Shown piece after piece: positions 47,160 through 56,977 of a stretch of DNA of 64,000 bases. The position numbers and the translations under genes are program-made. The stretch lies in contig CAVXGK010000002.1 of assembly GCA_963761305.1 (NCBI GenBank), positions 1,696,001 through 1,760,000 on the forward strand, written 5' to 3'. Position 1 is the first letter of the stretch; the number at the start of each line of letters is the position of its first letter. Under the pieces are notes generated by a model that saw only the letters and a list, made by a program, of their open reading frames with translations, had not been told where the DNA came from and did not search any database. Source of the DNA: an uncultured Gemmatimonadaceae bacterium. Its GTDB lineage: Bacteria; Gemmatimonadota; Gemmatimonadetes; Gemmatimonadales; Gemmatimonadaceae.

Positions 47160-49955
47160 GACGCACCTCGATCGCGCTTCTCTACCTGCTGCTTCGTGCG
47201 GAAGATCTTGACCGGCCGGGTCCGGACGGTCACGACGACGCGCTGCCTGCCGGACGTCGCGCCGATTTCAATTATCGACGTGGGATCGATCGTGAGGGGT
47301 TCGCTCGATCCTTCGAGATCCGTTCTCAGTACGTAGTGGCCGGACGGCAGCCCGTCGAACGTCGCGCGCAGCGATGCGTCGGTACGCACGATCCACTCGC
47401 GGCCCGTCGAGTCGCTCAGCGTCAGCGTCACCGTGCCCACGCGCACCGCGGGCATCGATCCGTCGGACAGCGGCGCGACGTCGACCCGCACGTCGAGCGA
47501 CGCCATCGGGATGACGCCAAGCTGGAGGACATCCGACGTTCCGTCGAGAAGACGCGGGCTCGGAATCCATCCCTTCGGGAGCGAGCGATCGTCGATCTCG
47601 GCGCGCGCGGTGGCGCCGCTGTTCATTCGATATTCGCCGTTGGCGTCGGTGACCGCCGTTTCCGACCCGCGGTGCACGACGATGCCGGGCACGCCGGGCT
47701 CGCCAGGATCGCGCACGCCGTTGCCGTTGCGATCCTGGAAGACGATGCCGGTCACCACGCGCCGATCGAGCACGCCGATGCTCGACGCGCGTTCCACCTT
47801 GAGCGTGAACACCGTGTGCAGCACGCCGAGTGCGTCGAGAGCCGTACCGCGTTCGGCACCCACGACGATCCGCAGCGAGCGATGGACGTCGAAGTCAAGC
47901 TCGGCCCGCGACGTCACCACGCTGACCTCGCCAAAGCGAAGCCGCTGCGCGTCCGCGCTCACGGTCCAGCGTGGGAAACGCGGCCAGATTTGGAATCGGT
48001 CGATGTGCGCGTCGATCGTCGACTGCGGCGGCGTGGCCGTCGGGCCGAAGGTGGCCGTCTGGATGGAACCGCTCACGCCGAACGAACCCCGCGCGCTGAC
48101 GCGATCGATGCTCAGCTGATCGATCACGCGCCGCGATCCTTCGTCTTCGATCGAGGTGAGCGAGTCGACGACGTTCTGCGCCACGTTGCTCAAACGCGTG
48201 GTGGCTCCGATGTCGAACCCGGCGGCCAGCAATCGCGCGCGAACGCCGTAATCCGTCTGCGACGACCCGAAGCCGCCGATCGAGTCGTGCGACGTCACGG
48301 TCGAATGCATCGCGTCGGCGCCGAAGGTCAGCGTCGGCAGAATCGCGTAGGTCGGCGACAGCGACCAACCGGCCGAACCGATCGCCGTCTGCGACGCGTC
48401 GTCGTCGCGCATCGACCAGAAGCTGAAGTCGGTGCGAAGACGTCCGATGCCGCGGTCAGCGCCGAACGACACCGCGTCTCGGGCCGGCGCGAACGCCGAC
48501 GTGCCGCCAGGCGCGTGCGTCATCTTGAGCGCGACGTCGCCGCCGGCGATGGGCCCGCGAAAATCCGCTTCGGCACCCAAGCCGCTCCCGTCCTGATACG
48601 AGCGCCCCGCGATCGTTCCCGCCGCGTAGGCGTTCGTCCACGGCTGCGACTCGAGTGACAGGCCGAGCGCGTCGAGGTTGCGGACGAGATACGTCGAGTC
48701 GCTCAGATGCGAGAAGAACGCGCTCACCATGCCGAAGCCGAACTGCTTCTGCGTCGTCGCGACGAACAGCGTAGGCGCACCCCAGGTGTCCTGCGTGGCG
48801 AGCGGCGCGGCGCCGAGGAGTTGCAGTCGCTCGTCGGCCGGACCGAGGCGCAGCGACGCGCCGCGCCCGAACACGTTCTGTCCGCCCAGATCCCCGAGCG
48901 TTAGACCGGTCGTGCCGACGGTGCCGCCCCACGTCGGCGAGGCGAGAGAAAGAAAGTTGGCTTGCGAGCTGTACCCGAACGTCGACAGCGCGCGGCCGCC
49001 GATGAGGTCGTCCGACATCGGCGTGGACACGCGCCCGCTGATCGACACGGCGTCGGTCAGCGGACCGTCGATCGCCACGGATTCCACCGTGCGCGTCGGC
49101 AAACCGGCGCTCATCGCCGACGCCGCGCCGACCGTCACCACCGGCCCGGGACGGCGGCCGCCCTGCGACGCGTCGCTCACCTCGACGATCGACGACGCGA
49201 GCGCTCGCTCGCCCGACGAGTTGCGCACGATCATCGTCATCGCGCCGTCGCCGAGGTCGGCGCTGAGAGGAATGGCCGCGGTCACGGACCGCTCGATCGA
49301 TTCGCCGCGCTGCAGCAACACGCGCAAAGGACCGACGATGCGCGCGTTCCACAACGGCGGCGCCTCAACGGACAGCTCGAGCGTGTCGAGCTGATTTCCC
49401 GCATTGAGGATCGTGTACGTGAGCTCGACGCGGTCGCCCGGATGCGCACCGCGCATCGGTTGCGACGCGGTCACCGTGATGCGCGCAACGTGAGTGACGT
49501 CGACCTCGATCGGCACGCGCACGCCCGGCGCCCCGTCGGCGACGAATCGGACGAACCCGACGCGCGACCGTCCGGCCGCCGCGGCCGCGGGTACGGCCAC
49601 CGTCACCATGACCGCGCCGCTTCGGGTGACGGTTCCGTTCCGCGCGCCGAGCAGCGAGATGTTCCCGGTACCCACGACTTCGTAGGTGATCTTGCGCGAG
49701 TGAGACAACTCTACTGGGACGGCGACGCTCACGACGCGAAACGAGCGTGGCATCGCCGCGTTGACGACGACGCTCGCGACCTCGCGCTCCTCGCCGGGGT
49801 CGCGCGTCGTCGAGTCGACCGGCACAGTGTCCACCGGAACGACGGTGATCGCCGTTACGCGTGCGACACTGGCGCGGTGCGGCTGCTGACCGGAGGGCGC
49901 GGCCGAGCGCGCCGAGCGCGCCGAGTACGACGGCGATCGCGATGCGTCGCGTCAT
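47156..49955 (-). CDS. Large outer-membrane usher-like protein (Ig/NEW3-like domains, beta-rich core, SdrD-B-like domain); frameshift near 49904
   Basis: Signal-like MTRRIAIAVVLGALGAL from ATG 49955, then an 892-aa body with PGDRVELTYTILNAGN and VTGIVFQDRNGNGVRDPGEPGVPG...TDANGEY. Confidence 0.55.
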
Positions 49956-50452
49956 GGCGTGCTCACGTTGACGGTCATCGCGATCGTCGTCCCGTACGAC
50001 GCGCCCGTGTCCGTCCAGTCGAGCATCATGCGCAACTTGACGCCGGCGGAAAATGAGCCGCCTTTGCCGAGAGACACGGCCTTGACCGTGCGCGCCGCCT
50101 GAACCGCTCCCGTGCACCCCTGCGTGATCGATGCAAACGGCTTCGACAGATCACTCGGCTCCCACATCAACTTCGAGAGCAACTTGCCATTCCCGAGGTT
50201 CGCGCCCGTCGAACAGATCTCTACGGTGGTCGTGTGCGTGTTGCTCGCGTTGCCACCGGTGAGCGTGACCGTGAAGTTGATCGTGGGCCCGTCGATGTAG
50301 CCGTTGACGTAGTCGGCCAGCGTTGGCTGGACGAACGTGGTCGCCGAGCCGCTGGTGATCGTGAGCGTCGTGGTCTGCGCCGCCGACGCGCGAGCGCCGG
50401 CGAAGACCAAACCGCACACGAGGATCGCCGCGCTCGCGGCGCGCCGCGTCAC
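49952..50452 (-). CDS. Secreted pilin-like subunit 2
   Basis: Signal peptide ending ASAAQ, PTLADY, GPT, Cys pair, KLLSKLMW, C-terminal YGTTIAMTVNV. Confidence 0.55.
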   Translation of the reverse strand: MTRRAASAAILVCGLVFAGARASAAQTTTLTITSGSATTFVQPTLADYVNGYIDGPTINFTVTLTGGNASNTHTTTVEICSTGANLGNGKLLSKLMWEPSDLSKPFASITQGCTGAVQAARTVKAVSLGKGGSFSAGVKLRMMLDWTDTGASYGTTIAMTVNVSTP

Positions 50453-51282
50453 GGGATTTCCAGTTCCACCTGCCCGGCGGCGATCTCGGCCCCCTCGTAA
50501 TCGAGGAGTGCAAGCAGCACATATCTCCCCGAGGGGAGATGCGGAAGTGCAACACCGAGGCGCCGCGTCGCGCCGGGAAGTGCGGGAAATTCAGGAATGT
50601 CGATCTTCGACACGACCGAGTTGTCCGGTCGGCGAATCTCAACGGCACCGTGCGCGACCGTCTGTCGCGCGCCCGTGTTCTTGTAGGTGATCTGCAGTTC
50701 GCGGATGGTCTTTCCGCGCTTTCCACCCGGAGTGCTGTCAGGACGGTCGACGACGTCGACGTCCGTCACCTCGGCGCTGGGTGTCGTCTCCGGCTCGACG
50801 TAGACCTTCACGCCGTAGCGCACACTGTACTGCACGCCGGACTGCGGCGTGCTCCGCGGCGGCGGCGGCGTCTCGACGAAAAGAATAGCGTAGCAGCCGT
50901 GCCCGATCGCCGACGCGCTGTCCACCGTCACACGGATGGTCTGCGCCGATCGCGGTTCGAGCTGTAGCACGGACGGGTAGACGCTGACGTGCGATCCGCA
51001 CGACGTCGCCAGGGTGCCGGTCGGGTAGTACCGATTCTCGCCGGCTTCGCTGCGATCCCAGTCCTGCATCGAGATCGTGGCGTGCGCGGGCGCGATACCG
51101 GGATTGGCGGCGCTGAACTGCGTCGTCGCCGTGGTGGTGCCGGCGCGCAACGGCACGTGCAGCTCGAGCTGGTCGACTGCGACCTGCGCTGCCGCCACGT
51201 GCGGGGCGAACGCGGCGAGCGCGCCGGCGAGGGCAATCAACCGCCCCGGCCGACGCGCTGCGCGCGCGATGCGAGTGCTCAT
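50449..51282 (-). CDS. PapD-like periplasmic pilus-assembly chaperone
   Basis: Signal peptide, VYPSVLQLEPRSAQTIRV, YAILFVET, GVKVYV and YKNTG...HG patterns typical of two-Ig chaperones. Confidence 0.65.
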   Translation of the reverse strand: MSTRIARAARRPGRLIALAGALAAFAPHVAAAQVAVDQLELHVPLRAGTTTATTQFSAANPGIAPAHATISMQDWDRSEAGENRYYPTGTLATSCGSHVSVYPSVLQLEPRSAQTIRVTVDSASAIGHGCYAILFVETPPPPRSTPQSGVQYSVRYGVKVYVEPETTPSAEVTDVDVVDRPDSTPGGKRGKTIRELQITYKNTGARQTVAHGAVEIRRPDNSVVSKIDIPEFPALPGATRRLGVALPHLPSGRYVLLALLDYEGAEIAAGQVELEIP

Positions 51283-51307
51283 CCTCCGCTCCGGAGGTCG
51301 CGAGGTA

Positions 51308-51856
51308 TTATTGCGCGACGAGCGTGAACACCACGTTGAGGTTGTACGTGCCCGGAACGTCCTGCGTGAAGTTGTACGTCGTCTTGTAGAACAGGCCGGT
51401 GACCGCGCTCGCCATCGTCGCGGTGCCCGACACGATGTCGGCCGGCGTGGTGGACAGCCCGGCGAACGTGCCGCCCGACGACGTCGACCAAGCCAGGTCG
51501 CTCGCCGGCTTCGCATACGACGCACCGCTGAACGCGGCGGCCGCGGCGCTGATCTGCACTTTGTAACCGCGATTCGACTGGACCGTGAAAGTCGGGCCGG
51601 TCGTCGGCATCTGGATCGAGGCCGCGGTGTAGTCCGCCATGCTCGTCGGGGCGTTCAGCGTCTCGTTCGTTCCAGAAGTAAAGCCGCTCATGGTGAGCGT
51701 GAGCAGCGAAGGCATCGTGAGGGAATGCAAAGACGTCACCGTGCACGGCGGCGGCGAGGCCAGCGTCGAATTGATCGAGCAGGTCTGCGCTGCGGCGATC
51801 TGGGCACTGATGGCGATTGCGCAGGCGGCAGCGCCTGCAACGGCCAACTTCTTCAT
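51308..51856 (-). CDS. Secreted pilin-like subunit 1 (probable major subunit)
   Basis: MKK signal peptide, Cys pair, KPASDLAWS, C-terminal PGTYNLNVVFTL; first gene of the operon. Confidence 0.6.
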   Translation of the reverse strand: MKKLAVAGAAACAIAISAQIAAAQTCSINSTLASPPPCTVTSLHSLTMPSLLTLTMSGFTSGTNETLNAPTSMADYTAASIQMPTTGPTFTVQSNRGYKVQISAAAAAFSGASYAKPASDLAWSTSSGGTFAGLSTTPADIVSGTATMASAVTGLFYKTTYNFTQDVPGTYNLNVVFTLVAQ

Positions 51857-52219
51857 GGTGAAACTCCGGTTGAATGTTTAGCTACGTCGCTAAAGCGGCC
51901 TGGCTGCGGTGCCCCCGCGAACTGCCGCGAACTCGACCAGTCCTGCTTGCCACCCAGCCCCGCCGTTCGGCGACGTCTGAGCTTGCTAGTTGACGCGTGC
52001 GTCCGACGCTGGTCACAGAGGTTGCCGGAGTTTTCCGGTCACGTATGCCGTTGTCCTGGAAGGAGATGCAACGTTCCGATCCAGCGAGCCTGTTCGAGTT
52101 AACCTCGATCGGTTGGGGAACTCGTTCCGATCCTCGAACGTGCTCGAGATGCCGCTCAATCCAGTATCGGCTATCCCTCTCGGCACTCCATTCGGCGTGC
52201 AACGGGGTGCGCCAAAATG

Positions 52220-52249
52220 AAAAGGGAGCCGTTATTTGGCTCCCTTTTC
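52220..52249 (-). terminator. Intrinsic terminator
   Basis: AAAAGGGAGCC-7nt-GGCTCCCTTTT downstream of the 52281-52718 gene. Confidence 0.75.
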
Positions 52250-52280
52250 TCGCGTCAACCGCTTATCCGCGTAGTTGACG

Positions 52281-52718
52281 CTACGAGGACCGACCGTACA
52301 GGAACTGGCTGCCGTTGAAGAGGATGGTCAGGCGTGTTCCCTGGACCGACCCGGCAAACGTGACCGCGCCGCCGCCGCTCGTCTGCACGAAGTTGATCTG
52401 TTGATTGGCGATCGTGTACGTACCGCCCACCGTCGTCACGAGCATCGACGTGGTGTTGTCGGCCAGCGCCGTGACGTTGTAGACGCTCGTCTCGGTCCAC
52501 GTGCCGGTCGCGGTCATCGAGACCGTGTCACTCGTGAGATCGAACTCCTGGGTCGACGTCACGGACGCGATCACGGGGAGGACGGTGCCATTGATCGAGG
52601 CCAGCGCAAAAGCGCCGGTGACGTTCGCGTCGGTCGGACCGAGGGAGAGGGCGTCGTTGCTCGTGTCGAGGCACGCGGCCAGTAAGACCGGAACGAGCAA
52701 CCAGACAATTCGCCGCAT
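52281..52718 (-). CDS. Hypothetical lipoprotein (lipocalin-like beta barrel possible)
   Basis: MRRIVWLLVPVLLAAC lipobox; VTGAFALASING and GTYTI motifs. Confidence 0.65.
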   Translation of the reverse strand: MRRIVWLLVPVLLAACLDTSNDALSLGPTDANVTGAFALASINGTVLPVIASVTSTQEFDLTSDTVSMTATGTWTETSVYNVTALADNTTSMLVTTVGGTYTIANQQINFVQTSGGGAVTFAGSVQGTRLTILFNGSQFLYGRSS

Positions 52719-52741
52719 GACCGACTCCGCGCTGAGGTGGA

Positions 52742-52823
52742 TGCGAAGGGGGGGACTCGAACCCCCAAGCCTTTCGGCGCCAGATCCTAAGTCTGGTGCG
52801 TCTGCCAATTCCGCCACCCTCGC
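52742..52823 (-). tRNA. tRNA-Leu (anticodon UAG); CCA not encoded
   Basis: GCGAGGG/CCTTCGC acceptor stem, GGAATTGGCAGAC D-arm, CCAGA-CTTAGGA-TCTGG anticodon arm, long variable arm, GTTCGAGTC T-loop. Confidence 0.96.
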
Positions 52824-52854
52824 CGACGAGGTGGAAGATAATGCGATGTGTTTG

Positions 52855-53394
52855 CTAGAACGCGAAGCCGAAAATCAACCGCGTGGTGACCGTAGCATAA
52901 TCCACATGCGCGCGCTCGCGTTCGTCTTTCGGGGCGAGCACGCGCTTGGCGCCGATGCCGGTGCCGACGAGGAACCGCTCGCTTCGTCCCAGGAGCCAGT
53001 TGTAATCGAGCAGGATGCCGGCGGTCGGCGCCGACAGCGATTGGCGTGCGTCGCCGACTTCGTTCGAGAACCGCGTGACGCCGGCCGACATGCCGACAGC
53101 GAATCCGCGCAGCACGACTTCGCCGGGATAGTATCTCACCTTCACGTCGCCCGTCGTGTAGCGCGAGTGGCCGACGTCGATGTAGGAGCCGACCGCGCCC
53201 ACCGTGATGCCCGACGACACCGCGTTCTCCAACTCCAGCGTGAAGACGTTCGCGGGCAGTCCCAGCGGGTTGAATCCTATGTATGTCTGCGTCGGAATCG
53301 GAACACGGGCGCGCTGAGCCGCGGCGAACGACCCCGCAGCGGGGTGAACGAGGGCGGCGGCGAGCGCGACGGCAGCGGAGCCGATGAGTCGCAT
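52855..53394 (-). CDS. Small outer-membrane beta-barrel protein (DUF3575-like)
   Basis: Signal peptide, FNPLGL, RYYP, alternating strands, C-terminal FGFAF. Confidence 0.6.
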   Translation of the reverse strand: MRLIGSAAVALAAALVHPAAGSFAAAQRARVPIPTQTYIGFNPLGLPANVFTLELENAVSSGITVGAVGSYIDVGHSRYTTGDVKVRYYPGEVVLRGFAVGMSAGVTRFSNEVGDARQSLSAPTAGILLDYNWLLGRSERFLVGTGIGAKRVLAPKDERERAHVDYATVTTRLIFGFAF

Positions 53395-53548
53395 CAGTAT
53401 GAGAATCGAGGGTGGAGTCGCGTGCTGCCTCAACGGTAACGACGTGGAACATGGAATCGGTACCGTCGGCGCACGCGCGGGGTCCGTGGCGCCAATCACA
53501 GGACGCGGCGTCTCCCCTCTCGCCGCACGTCCCCACTAGGTTTCGCGC

Positions 53549-54787
53549 ATGAACATCGAGATCACCCCGAAAAAGAGCGACGGCCTGGAGCGGCTGATCG
53601 AGGTTCGGGTGCCGATCGAGACCATCCGCGACGCCGAGAACCGTGCGGCGCAACGGTACGCCACGAGCGCGCGTCTCCCTGGCTTTCGTCCCGGCAAGGC
53701 GCCGCCGGCGATGATCAAGAAGCGCTTCAAGGACGCGATCCGGCAGCAGGTCATCGAGTCGCTCGTGCAGGAGGCCTACCAAGAGGTCGTCGATCGCGAG
53801 AAGCTGAAAGTCGCGTCGCAGCCGCACGTCCACGACCTCAAGTTCGAGGACGGACAGCCGCTCAGCTTCGAGCTCCATGTCGAGATCAGACCCGAGGTGG
53901 CGCTCGCGCGCACCCAGGGATTCCGCGTGACGCGTACCAAGGCGAACGTCAACGACGACGCGGTGCGCGAGCAGATCGAGCAGCTGCGCGAGCAGAAAGC
54001 GACCTGGTCGCCGGTCGAAGGCCGACCGGCGCCCGGCGACATGGTACGCGTCGAGCTGAGCACGGCCGACGAGAACGGCGAGTTCCCCGAGCCGCGCGAG
54101 TACCCGCTGGTCCTCGGCGCGGGCCAGGCGATCGCCGGCGTCGAAGAGCTGATCATGCAGATCACGACCGGCGAGACGGTCGAGAAACCCGTGCGCTGGC
54201 CGGAGGATTTTCCGGATGAGGCGCAGCGCGGCAAGACGAAGCCGGTGCGCCTCCATGTGCTCGAAGTGAAGCGCAAGACGTTGCCGCCGCTCGACGACGC
54301 GTTCGCGCGGGGCGTGGGCGACTTCGACTCGCTGTCGGCGCTCGAGACCACGGTGCGCAAGGATCTCGAGGACCATGCGAGTCGCGACGCCGACGCCGGC
54401 GTGCGGCAGCAGCTCGTCGACCAGATCTCGGCGGCGAATCCGTTCGACGTGCCGCCGAGCTGGGTCTCGCAGCTGATCGACGGATACGCACAGGCGTATC
54501 AGGTCCCGGAGGGCGATCGCGACAAGTTCCGCGCCGAGTTCCGGCCGATCGCCGAGCGTCAGGTGCGGCGCGACCTGATCATCGACACGCTCGCCGAGAC
54601 CGAGGGTCTCAAGGCGAGCGAGTCGGACATCGACGAACGCGTCGCCGACGTCGCGTCCCAGCGCAACGCGGACCCCGGGCAGGTGTACGCGTCGCTGCAG
54701 AAGGCCGGCCGGCTCCGCGAGATCGAGCAGAGTATTACGGAAGACAAAGTGTTCGCCTGGCTCCTGGAACGAAACGAAGTCGCCTAG
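53549..54787 (+). CDS. tig: Trigger factor
   Basis: [10 protein letters not shown] ribosome-binding motif; precedes clpP. Confidence 0.95.
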   Translation: MNIEITPKKSDGLERLIEVRVPIETIRDAENRAAQRYATSARLPGFRPGKAPPAMIKKRFKDAIRQQVIESLVQEAYQEVVDREKLKVASQPHVHDLKFEDGQPLSFELHVEIRPEVALARTQGFRVTRTKANVNDDAVREQIEQLREQKATWSPVEGRPAPGDMVRVELSTADENGEFPEPREYPLVLGAGQAIAGVEELIMQITTGETVEKPVRWPEDFPDEAQRGKTKPVRLHVLEVKRKTLPPLDDAFARGVGDFDSLSALETTVRKDLEDHASRDADAGVRQQLVDQISAANPFDVPPSWVSQLIDGYAQAYQVPEGDRDKFRAEFRPIAERQVRRDLIIDTLAETEGLKASESDIDERVADVASQRNADPGQVYASLQKAGRLREIEQSITEDKVFAWLLERNEVA

Positions 54788-54810
54788 TCCTTCACCACCG
54801 ACATCGCCTC

Positions 54811-55443
54811 ATGGCCACCATCTATCCGCCGTATGTGATCGAGCGCTCGCCGCGTGGCGAGCGAAGCTACGACATCTTCAGCCGTCTGCTGATGGATCGC
54901 ATCATCTTCCTGGGCACGCCGGTCAACGACGACGTGGCGAACATCGTCATCGCCCAGATGTTGTTCCTCGAGGCCGACAACCCCGACCGCGACATCTTCT
55001 TGTACATCAACTCGCCGGGCGGCAGCGTGTCGGCGGGTCTGGCGATCTACGACACGATGCAGTTCATGAAGTCGCCGGTGAACACGATCTGCATGGGACT
55101 CGCGGCGAGCATGGGCGCGTTCCTCCTCGCCGGTGGCCGCAAGGGCAAGCGCTCGACGCTGCCGCATTCACGAATCATGATTCACCAACCCTCACAGCAG
55201 GGCGGCGGCGGATCGGCGTCGGACATCGAGATCCAGGCGAAGGAGATCCTCTACCTTCGCGGCAAGCTGAACCAGCTCTGGACGAAGCACACCGGCCAGT
55301 CGCTCGAGCGCATCGAGCGCGACACGGACCGCGACCGCTATCTCTCGGCCGAGGAGGCCAAGGACTACGGCATCGTCGACAACGTGATCACGCAGCGCGG
55401 CGAGATCGTGGAACCGAGCGCGCTGGCCGCGGTCACGAAATGA
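54811..55443 (+). CDS. clpP: ATP-dependent Clp protease proteolytic subunit
   Basis: [25 protein letters not shown] and DRD motifs. Confidence 0.97.
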   Translation: MATIYPPYVIERSPRGERSYDIFSRLLMDRIIFLGTPVNDDVANIVIAQMLFLEADNPDRDIFLYINSPGGSVSAGLAIYDTMQFMKSPVNTICMGLAASMGAFLLAGGRKGKRSTLPHSRIMIHQPSQQGGGGSASDIEIQAKEILYLRGKLNQLWTKHTGQSLERIERDTDRDRYLSAEEAKDYGIVDNVITQRGEIVEPSALAAVTK

Positions 55444-55630
55444 CGTGGCGCCGGCTGTCACAAAACGTTCGTTTTGCTGAGTCGTCTCTTGCTTGACCCG
55501 TGTCCAGCCCTTAACTCTCAGCAGGACTCTCCGTTCGTTCTCCCGCCGGCTGCGAGCCACCGCTCACCGGAGTCATTTTTCCGGTCGTGGGCCCCGCGGC
55601 CACACGCAGTCACCCGCTGAGTGAGATGTC

Positions 55631-56875
55631 ATGTCGCACGACAAACACCTTCGCTGCTCGTTTTGCGGAAAGTCCAAGGATTCGGTCCGCAAGTTCATCT
55701 CCGGACCGTCGGTCTACATCTGCAACGAGTGCATCGCGCTGTGCAATGAGATCCTCGCCGAGGACGAAGAGCGCGAAGTCGCCGAAGCAATCACTCAGGT
55801 CCCGACCCCGCAGGAGATCAAGGACACGCTCGATCAGTACGTGATCGGGCAGGAAAAGGCCAAGAAGGCCCTGTCGGTCGCGGTCTACAACCACTACAAG
55901 CGCATCAACTCGTCGTCGGTCCGCGACGACGACGTCGAGCTCGACAAGTCGAACATCCTGCTCATCGGCCCCACGGGCGTGGGCAAGACGCTGCTGGCGC
56001 AGACGCTGGCCCGCATCCTCGACGTGCCGTTCACGATCGCCGACGCCACGACGCTCACCGAAGCCGGGTACGTCGGCGAAGACGTCGAGAACATTCTCGT
56101 GCGCCTGCTCCAGGCCGGTGACTTCAACGTCGCCGAATGCGAGCGCGGCATCGTCTACATCGACGAAATCGATAAGATTGCGCGGAAATCTGAAAACCCG
56201 AGCATCACCCGCGACGTCTCGGGCGAGGGCGTGCAGCAGGCGCTCCTCAAGATCCTCGAGGGCACGGTCGCCTCGGTGCCGCCGCAGGGCGGCCGCAAGC
56301 ACCCACAGCAGGAATACATCCAGATCAACACGAAGGACATCCTTTTCATCTGCGGCGGGGCGTTCGACGGTCTCGAGAAGATCATCGAGGCGCGGACCGG
56401 ACGACGTCAGATCGGATTCAACAAGGGCGACGACTCGCGGACGCCGCACCAGGCGAAGAATCCGTTCTCGGAAGTCGAGCCGGACGATCTGCTGCGGTTC
56501 GGGCTCATACCTGAGCTCGTCGGCCGGCTTCCGGTCGCCGTGGCGCTCGAGGCGCTCGACGAGGACGCGCTGGTTCGCATCCTCAAGGAGCCCAAGAACG
56601 CGCTCACGAAGCAGTACGCCAAGCTGTTCGAGCTCGAAGAAGTGAAGCTCACGTTCGAGGACTCGTCCCTCCGCGCGGTGGCCGGGAAGGCGCTCAAACG
56701 CGGCACGGGCGCGCGCGGCCTGCGGGCGATCCTCGAGGAGCTGCTCACCGAAGTGATGTTCGACCTGCCCACGCGCGAGGACGTCGAAGAGGTCAAAGTG
56801 ACGGAGAGCTCAGTGCTCAACGGCACCGCGCCGCTCCTCGAGATCTCGCCGCAGCGGAAGAAGAAAGAAGCCTGA
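55631..56875 (+). CDS. clpX: Clp protease ATP-binding subunit ClpX
   Basis: CSFC/CNEC zinc finger, [20 protein letters not shown] and IGF loop. Confidence 0.98.
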   Translation: MSHDKHLRCSFCGKSKDSVRKFISGPSVYICNECIALCNEILAEDEEREVAEAITQVPTPQEIKDTLDQYVIGQEKAKKALSVAVYNHYKRINSSSVRDDDVELDKSNILLIGPTGVGKTLLAQTLARILDVPFTIADATTLTEAGYVGEDVENILVRLLQAGDFNVAECERGIVYIDEIDKIARKSENPSITRDVSGEGVQQALLKILEGTVASVPPQGGRKHPQQEYIQINTKDILFICGGAFDGLEKIIEARTGRRQIGFNKGDDSRTPHQAKNPFSEVEPDDLLRFGLIPELVGRLPVAVALEALDEDALVRILKEPKNALTKQYAKLFELEEVKLTFEDSSLRAVAGKALKRGTGARGLRAILEELLTEVMFDLPTREDVEEVKVTESSVLNGTAPLLEISPQRKKKEA

Positions 56876-56897
56876 GACGCCGCCTTCGGGCGGCGTC
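56876..56897 (+). terminator. GC hairpin with UUCG tetraloop after clpX (no U-tract)
   Basis: GACGCCGCC-TTCG-GGCGGCGTC. Confidence 0.45.
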
Positions 56898-56977
56898 GGC
56901 CCCGATCGAACTGCGTGACCGCGCGACGCGCGCGAAGAGTGTGAGGCAAAGCAGGTCGCCTCACACTATTTTTTGTC

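Noticed and set aside
52198..52214. Sigma-54 promoter for the pilus-like cluster (TGGCGCACCCCGTTGCA, minus strand)
   Set aside because: GG-to-GC spacing is 11 nt rather than the strict 10 nt.
52742..52823. tRNA-Leu as attachment site of an integrated element
   Set aside because: No integrase and no duplicate of the tRNA 3' end were found in the window.
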